DNA of 64,000 bases from the human T2T-CHM13v2.0 reference genome, Homo sapiens, in assembly GCF_009914755.1 (NCBI RefSeq), contig NC_060926.1, one strand, 5' to 3'. The notes under the pieces are model-generated. The model was given only the letters and a program-made list of their open reading frames with translations, was not told the DNA's origin and ran no database searches. The translations under genes were made by a program, and so were the position numbers. Below, one piece after another: positions 57,409 to 64,000 of this stretch. The number at the start of each line of letters is the position of its first letter. Position 1 is the first letter of the stretch.

Positions 57409-57720
57409 GGGCCAGGTACGGTGGTTCATGCCTATAATCCCAGCACTTTGGGAGGCTGAGGCAGGAGGATTGATTAAGCCTAGGAATTTGAGACCAGCCT
57501 GGGCAACATAGTAAGACCTTGTCTCTACAAATACGTATAGTTATATAGATATATGTAGCTGGGTGTGGTGGCTTGTGCCTGTGGCCTCCAGCTACTTGGG
57601 AAGCTGAGGTGGGAGGATTGCTTGAGCTAGGTAGTTCGAGGTTGCAGTGAGCTGTGATGGTGCCATCACACTCCAGCCTGGGTGACAGAGCAAGACCCTG
57701 TCTCAAAATAATAATAATAA
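57409..57720 (+). mobile_element. AluJ-like
   Basis: TSD aaaat(t)cctgagttg; preceded by a 17-bp tandem repeat at 57362-57397. Confidence 0.92.
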
Positions 57721-59649
57721 TTTTTTTTTTAAAAAAATCCTGAGTTGTTTGTAGATAGTAGCAAAGACAAGTGAAATTTTTGGCTACATATTTCAAAATT
57801 TTACTTTCTATCAATCATTACTACTAAACATCTATTTTATATATTCAGCTATCATAACCAAGACTAAAGTATATCAGATTATTATTGTTCTATGTGATTT
57901 TCTTTTTTACTTTGCTGAGTCAGTGAGTGGGATCCCAACTAAATTCTATGAAGAGATCAAATCTGAACTAAAAGTTCTTAATAGAGAAAAATGAATATGG
58001 ATTTAATAGGTAAATTGGGAGTAGAAGATTGGCTTACCAAATTTAGAAGCTAAATTGCTTCTGATTTAATTTCTTACTATTTTATATAAATAAGAATTAT
58101 CTTTAATAATCTTTTATTTTTGGCCATATCAATTTCCCATTACAGTGATTTGTACTTTTTTGTTTAAACTGAAAACATTAAAATTAGAATCAAGTTAACT
58201 CTAACTAGATTTTTGTTTGTATGCTCACAATTTTTACTACTTTTATCAAAGAAGTTTTTCCAGAGAGTTATTTTACCCTAAATTTTATAACATTTATTTT
58301 AAATATTACTATTTTTGTAATAAAATTGACATTTCTTATGAAAGGAATTGAGTCAGCATTATTATAAGTCCTCCATACTGATATTTGAATGTGTCTGGGT
58401 GCCTAGACAGACGTTGTATATTTACACCAATTGTACACAGCTGTCCAGTAAACTGTTCATAAGAAGACAGTGATGTCGTGAAATCCAAGTGCTTCCATTA
58501 GTAATATACTGTTTATGTAAATGATTGGTTAACCAGAATGAAAGAAGTTAGGGGAAATAACAGTAACACTTGTCAGGTGCTAGACTAGGATGTGTGACTT
58601 TAAAAACATATTAGTAATAGGAGGATAAGGGGTCTCTTTAAATTTGACTTTATGAGATGATTCTTCTTAAAATATCAGAATTTAGCTGTGTCAGAGGAAT
58701 TTACCTGTGTCCACATAAGAAATTTTAAAAAATAATTTGGTTTACACAATTCAGGAAAATATTTTCCAGTTAACAGACATCTATTGTGTAGCTATTATTA
58801 AGCTAAATGCTATTTCTTGTCCTTCTAGAAATTTAAAAAAAAGAATAAATGCAGTTATGAAAGGGTATTTATGTGCTGGTTATAGTGGAGGTGGTTCTGT
58901 TAGATTATGACTTTCCATAATTCTTTAACCAGGCAACTATTGACGAGTTTCACTTTATTCAGCCACAAGAATGAGTAAGGCCAAACTACCTATTATATAA
59001 CAGAAGCAAAGTAAGAAGTCAAAACACTGCATGTGTTAGATTTTGTTGAATGATTAAATATTTGTGTTTTTAAAAACAAAAGATAACATCAGTGAAATTT
59101 GTTCAGTAGTTTAAAAGGAAAATTTTCTTTTTAAAAATCAAAATAATGCTGATTCATGTATGATGTATTCACTGTATTTGCTTATAAACAGTAGTGAAAT
59201 TGATTTTGATTAAGACGCAATGCACACACACATCATGTCTTGTGTACTATGTAATTAATAAAGCCCCTATAATTTAAGGTTTTTATTGTAAAAAACAAAA
59301 GATAGAATTTAATTTAAAAGACCAGAGTATTAGCTATTGTTCCAAAACTACTGCTGTTGTGATCGAGTATTAAAAATTGCATGCTAAAGCTGCAATCTTT
59401 TTAAATATATAAAGATAAAATGCATGACTGTGTGTGTCCCAAGTGACTTTTAATCAAAGTTTAGTTGTGCCCTTTATGAAACCACGAATTGAGTCATGTC
59501 ATGCTAACTTTACGGAAAAGTAATTTGCTTTTATATTAGGGAATTCAATATATATGCCCATGCGTAACTCATTCAGAAATTCAAATTTGAAGTCCAGTGC
59601 TATTTGAATTTAAACATAAGTAACAGATATTTCTGTTTGTTTCCTGCAG

Positions 59650-59826
59650 CCCATTTGGAAGCCCTTTCCTAATCAAGACAGTGACTCGGTGGTACTAAGT
59701 GGCACAGACTCAGAACTGCATATACCTCGAGTATGTGAATTCTGTCAAGCAGTTTTCCCACCATCCATTACATCCAGGGGGGATTTCCTTCGGCATCTTA
59801 ATTCACACTTCAATGGAGAGACTTAA
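59650..59826 (+). CDS. TANK: TANK last coding exon, PIWKPF...CEFC...HLNSHFNGET*, C-terminal zinc finger
   Basis: Acceptor ttcctgcag|CCC; 58 codons then TAA at 59824-59826; contains CxxC...HxxxH. Confidence 0.97.
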   Translation, partial: PIWKPFPNQDSDSVVLSGTDSELHIPRVCEFCQAVFPPSITSRGDFLRHLNSHFNGET

Positions 59827-60480
59827 GACACATTTGAAAACAGACATATCAAGTTCTATGTGATGATTTTGGGTTTTTAATACTATAAATACTTGATTGT
59901 AAACTAAATTCAAGATCATTTATAGGAAAATCTAGTTTCACAGCTATTTGAATTTTTTTCTGGATTTACTATATAACTCTTATTTTTTAAAAGATCATTC
60001 TGTTCTTTCAAGGAGAAATAAGCCTAAAAGAAGAAAAACAAAAAAAATTCTGTATAAAACTGTAATCCTTTGTATTCATGTTTACAGTGCTATTACTATA
60101 ATTCAAAATTATGTATGTGACTTAGAGTTATATAATCATAATTTATGTTTATTTCAAATATCTAAGTTTATTGCTTGGATTTCTAGTGAGAGCTGTTGAA
60201 TTTGGTGATGTCAAATGTTTCTAGGGTTTTTTTAGTTTGTTTTTATTGAAAAATTTAATTATTTATGCTATAGGTGATATTCTCTTTGAATAAACCTATA
60301 ATAGAAAATAGCAGACAACATAAACATCTTTGTAAATATCAAACCTAATACATTTCTTGTCCAGTGATAAAACAACTGGTAGAATTATTTAAACACTTTA
60401 GATTTTTAAATAATATACATGGCTTTAATTTTTACTATGTGTATAGCTACATGATGAAATTAATTAAATATTAAGAGGTA
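59827..60480 (+). terminator. TANK: AU-rich 3' UTR with candidate poly(A) signals AATAAA 60289-60294 and ATTAAA 60463-60468
   Basis: Both hexamers are visible, a GT-rich stretch follows the distal one, and several ATTTA pentamers occur. Confidence 0.7.
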
Positions 60481-61330
60481 CTTATGTTGTGATCATTTGT
60501 ATGTCCTTTGTTCCTGAGTAAAAAAAAAAAAAAAAAAAGGGAAGGAAGGAATCACATTTTTAGGGAAGTTTATAAAATTCATGTTTTCATTTCAGTAACC
60601 TAATAGAATGGTGATGACCAGATTTGGTGGCATTTATTACAATTAGTGAATCACTTTGAATTTTAGAATTATTCTTCAAACTAAACTTTCTAAAGAAACA
60701 TTTGTTTTTAACGGGAGAAAATCTAAAACCCTGCAAGGACTATCTATATTTGTTAACTTAGATTAGAAATGTTCATATTCTTGTTGAGAAATTTGTTATT
60801 CATTGTTAGCAGCCTGATTGATGGCCACTGAAGACATTTGAGAGAGTGGATACCAAATTCAGACGGCTGCAAAATTTGTTTAAAATGAGACTTCCCTTTC
60901 ATTTTTATTCCCTATGATTCTCGCCTTATAGGTTTCTGTTTTCCCCTGATTCTTAAAAGTGTTTAAGGCATGGCTTCCATTTTATGAAGTAAGCATTGAT
61001 TTGCAACTCTCAGAAATTTAAGCCTTCTTGAAGCAAGTGCTTTAAACTAGAGGGTGTGGGATGGGGGAATTTGAGCAGGCCTCTGTGCCACAGTGAAGAA
61101 CCTTAACTTGTGGAAGAATGAGAGTGGTGCCTCGACTTCTCCCGGTGCCAAGCACATCATATTGACATGTTCCTCACCAGGGTGACAGTAATTATTAGGT
61201 ATTCACTGCGAAGGGTTCTGAGGTATGTACATCTTTCTTTCATTGCCACTAGGGCTGAATGGAAATGCCTAGACAATTATCCAAGTTTCTTCCCTTCCCC
61301 CCACTTCCCGCCCACCCAGCCTCCCTTCTC

Positions 61331-61336
61331 CGCGCG

Positions 61337-61380
<44 letters not shown>
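61331..61380. repeat. (CG)7(CA)18 compound microsatellite
   Basis: Directly visible 50-bp alternating purine-pyrimidine tract. Confidence 0.97.
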
Positions 61381-61384
<4 letters not shown>

Positions 61385-61879
61385 TAAAAATAAAAACTTC
61401 CCAGCGTGTACCAGCCAGAATATACCACTGTACCTATCTGGTGAAAGGGGATTCTTTTTTTCCCCTGTCCTTTTCTAGATGGGAAGACTTTCTCTCAACA
61501 CAGTTGACATCTACTAGCTTGCTGACAACCAGAGGAAACTCCGTGTCCCAGAAGGTGACTCAAATTAAAGTGTACCATTGACCTTCCTCCCCAGCCCATC
61601 CTTTCCCCGCCCCCACCACTTTTAGCAGGACTAGCAAACTCGGTTTTCTTCTGGATTCCAGCGGCACCCTAAGCTCCACGTGGTGAGGGACATAGACCCT
61701 TTGGGGCCACAGGAAAGGCAGCCTGGAGAGCAGCCCCCTGCCCTGCTCTACAGAGGGAGCGCGGGTCACCGCTCTAAAGGTGGAGTGGGCACCCGCCAGG
61801 TCTCTCCCTCTGTCTCATGACTGAGTCGTGCAGGGTCTGGCTTTTGGCATCTGCTAAGCGTGGCCGGGTAAGAACAGCT

Positions 61880-64000
61880 CCCAGGTAAAAAAGCTGCACA
61901 CGCGAAACGCCGAGTCTGAAAAAACCACCCCCGCCGAGGCGAGGCAGTTGTGAGCGGGATGCCTGAGAAGTGGGAGGTGAATGTCCTCGGGAGGGCCCCC
62001 CCGGTGCAGCTTTCCCCGGAGGCTGAGGCTGCTGCCAGCGGGGACATCTGCTTTCTTACACTCCAGCCTGGCTCACCCCGCCCCCTCAGCCCCGGGTTGC
62101 GTGGTTATTTTACCAACACGGGGGGAGGGAGAGCTCGAGGAGGTAGAAAAGGGGTGGATAGAAGCTTAGAAGATTTTCTTCCCACTCCCCCCACGTCCCC
62201 TCCTTTCGTCACATCTTTTAACCTTCAAGGTAAAGACTTAAGGAAACAATAAGCGTGTCCGCTGGCTCGCAGGCCCGCCGGGGTTCTCGGGCGCGGGGCC
62301 TTGCCCCTCTCCATCCTCCCTGAGTCCTTCCCCGAGTCGGGCCGTGCTTCGGCGGTTCGGCTGGGCGCAGGGGCCGGCCGGGCGCGCCCAGCCTGTGGCG
62401 CCTCCTCTCCCGGGCTGCTGCCTCGACAGCTGCTTGTAGCTACAGTAATTAGACTGTCAGTGCTTGTTAGAGGAGAGAGGGGAAAACACGCTTCTGACAG
62501 CAGATTCCAAGACTCCCCAGTTTGTTAATTTCTAAGAGATCTTTAAAGCATTAATTGAGGTCTCCCCAACTCTCCCCTCCCGTCCCTCTCTGCAACTCCT
62601 CCCTTCCCAAAAATATCTTTAGGAGAAGCGAGTTCTCTCGGCGTGGAAGCAGTGTTTCCCGCAAAACTGCCAGCCCGCCCCCCGCTCACGCACAGACACC
62701 CAATTTCCCATATACAGATAAATGCACACATGTATACGCGAAAGGTTAACTCGGCGGAGGACTCGCCCAAATAAGCACCGGGATTGCATTTAAAATAATA
62801 ATAATAAATAAATAAATAAACTAGGAAGGAAAGCGGGGGGAGGGAAGCAGAAGTCGGGAAGAAAAGAGAAAAGCAGCAGGCTGATTACGAGGTGTCAAAA
62901 CTGCCAGGAGCAAGAAGGTGATAGCAATCAGGGGTGAGAAGAGTGCGGCATTCGTGCGGGGCAACTAATTATCCGTCTCATTTGAGAAGAGCAGCATTTG
63001 AGGCAGCAGCGTTCGCCTGCTGAACGGTGACAGATTGGCGCGGAGGAGAGGGGAGGTGTTAAAACAATGGAGCCGGGCGCGCGAGCGCTGCTGCATGCTA
63101 ATCAGCCCTCCCTCCGCCTGCCTGCCGCGCTCCCTCCTTCCTCCCGGCCTCCCTCCTCCGCGCTCCCTCCTCCCGCCTGCGGCGCTCCCTCCTTTCCAGC
63201 GGGCCCCGCGCCGCCGCCGCCACCCGCTTCCTGCTCCCTCGCTTTCCCGCGCGTCCTTCCCGCCGCTGGCGAGTGGAACCCAGCCACCGCCACCGAGTCC
63301 CTAGCGGGCCAGGAGCCCCCGCGCGGCCCCCAGCGCCGGCCCGGTGGAGTGCAGCCCCGCGCGGGCTCGCCCGAGGGCTCGGCCTGCGCCGCGCGCCCAC
63401 TCCCCGGGGCGGTGGGGCGAGGACCCGCGCTCCGGGATCCACGTACTGGGGAAGCGGCCGAAGAGCCTGCGTTCTCACGCCCACTCGCTTTCTGGTGAAT
63501 CGACCGCGTCGGCCAGCGAGCGCGACTGGGAGTCCAGGCGAATTCAGAAAGGGCTAGGGCCAGCCAGGGGTGAAAAGAGTGACAGGGCCACAAAGGCCAA
63601 GAAGGGCTCCAGGACTGAGCGCAGATCTCCTGCCCTGCCCGAGCGTGGCCGCCACCCCGAGGCCTCCAGCCGCCCCCAACCCGCCCTGCAGTGGCCGCGC
63701 CCCGCTGGCCTGCGGCGAGTCGGCGAGGTCAGCGCCCCCCGCCACGCCTCGCGCGCTGCGGCTCTTAGACCCCTGGAGCCCCTTTTTTGCCAGAGCTACC
63801 GGTCCACGGTTTAAATGATCGCAGCGAAGATACATAAAGGGCCTTAGCATTAGCTGTGCTTCCAAGGCCTGACCTCCTGACCCCAAGACTAGATTAAGGG
63901 GCCGTCTGGGCCTCGAGAGTTCCCTCGAAAGACCGTCGCGGGGAGAGAAGGGCCTGGAAAGAAGCGGGCCGCGCTCCCCCCTGCCGCGAAGACTGTGGGG
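61880..64000. promoter_or_regulatory. CpG island downstream of TANK, runs off the window end
   Basis: Abrupt rise in GC and CpG density, strongest at 62250-62430 and 63040-63780; no convincing coding exon. Confidence 0.9.

Noticed and set aside
60520-60538. A19 run just after the 3' UTR
   Set aside because: No TSD or retroposed body is visible; it matters only as an oligo-dT internal priming artefact.
63035-63886. Stack of overlapping Pro/Ala/Arg/Gly-rich ORFs on both strands
   Set aside because: Stop codons are scarce in very GC-rich DNA; no domain or splice structure is recognisable.

Overview
Primate (human or great-ape) genomic DNA containing the whole coding region of TANK (I-TRAF) on the + strand. 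Seven coding exons between 3905 and 59826 splice by GT-AG rules into a 425-aa protein: N-terminal coiled coil, TBK1/IKKe-binding region, TRAF-binding motif PIQCT and C-terminal C2H2 zinc finger. The non-coding first exon and promoter lie upstream of the window; exon numbers below assume one upstream exon. Introns are AT-rich and packed with Alu, L1, L2, MIR, LTR and DNA-transposon relics, and a CpG island with an enhancer-like motif cluster occupies the last ~2 kb. I see no new multi-gene system. The best leads are: (1) several routes near exons 4-5 to a coiled-coil-only TANK, including a recursive-splice motif at the start of exon 5; (2) three non-tandem local duplications and one perfect 62-bp tandem duplication; (3) an L1-mediated polyadenylated retrocopy of an LTR fragment; (4) two candidate neural enhancers. 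Repeat family names come from remembered consensus sequences, and repeat boundaries are approximate.
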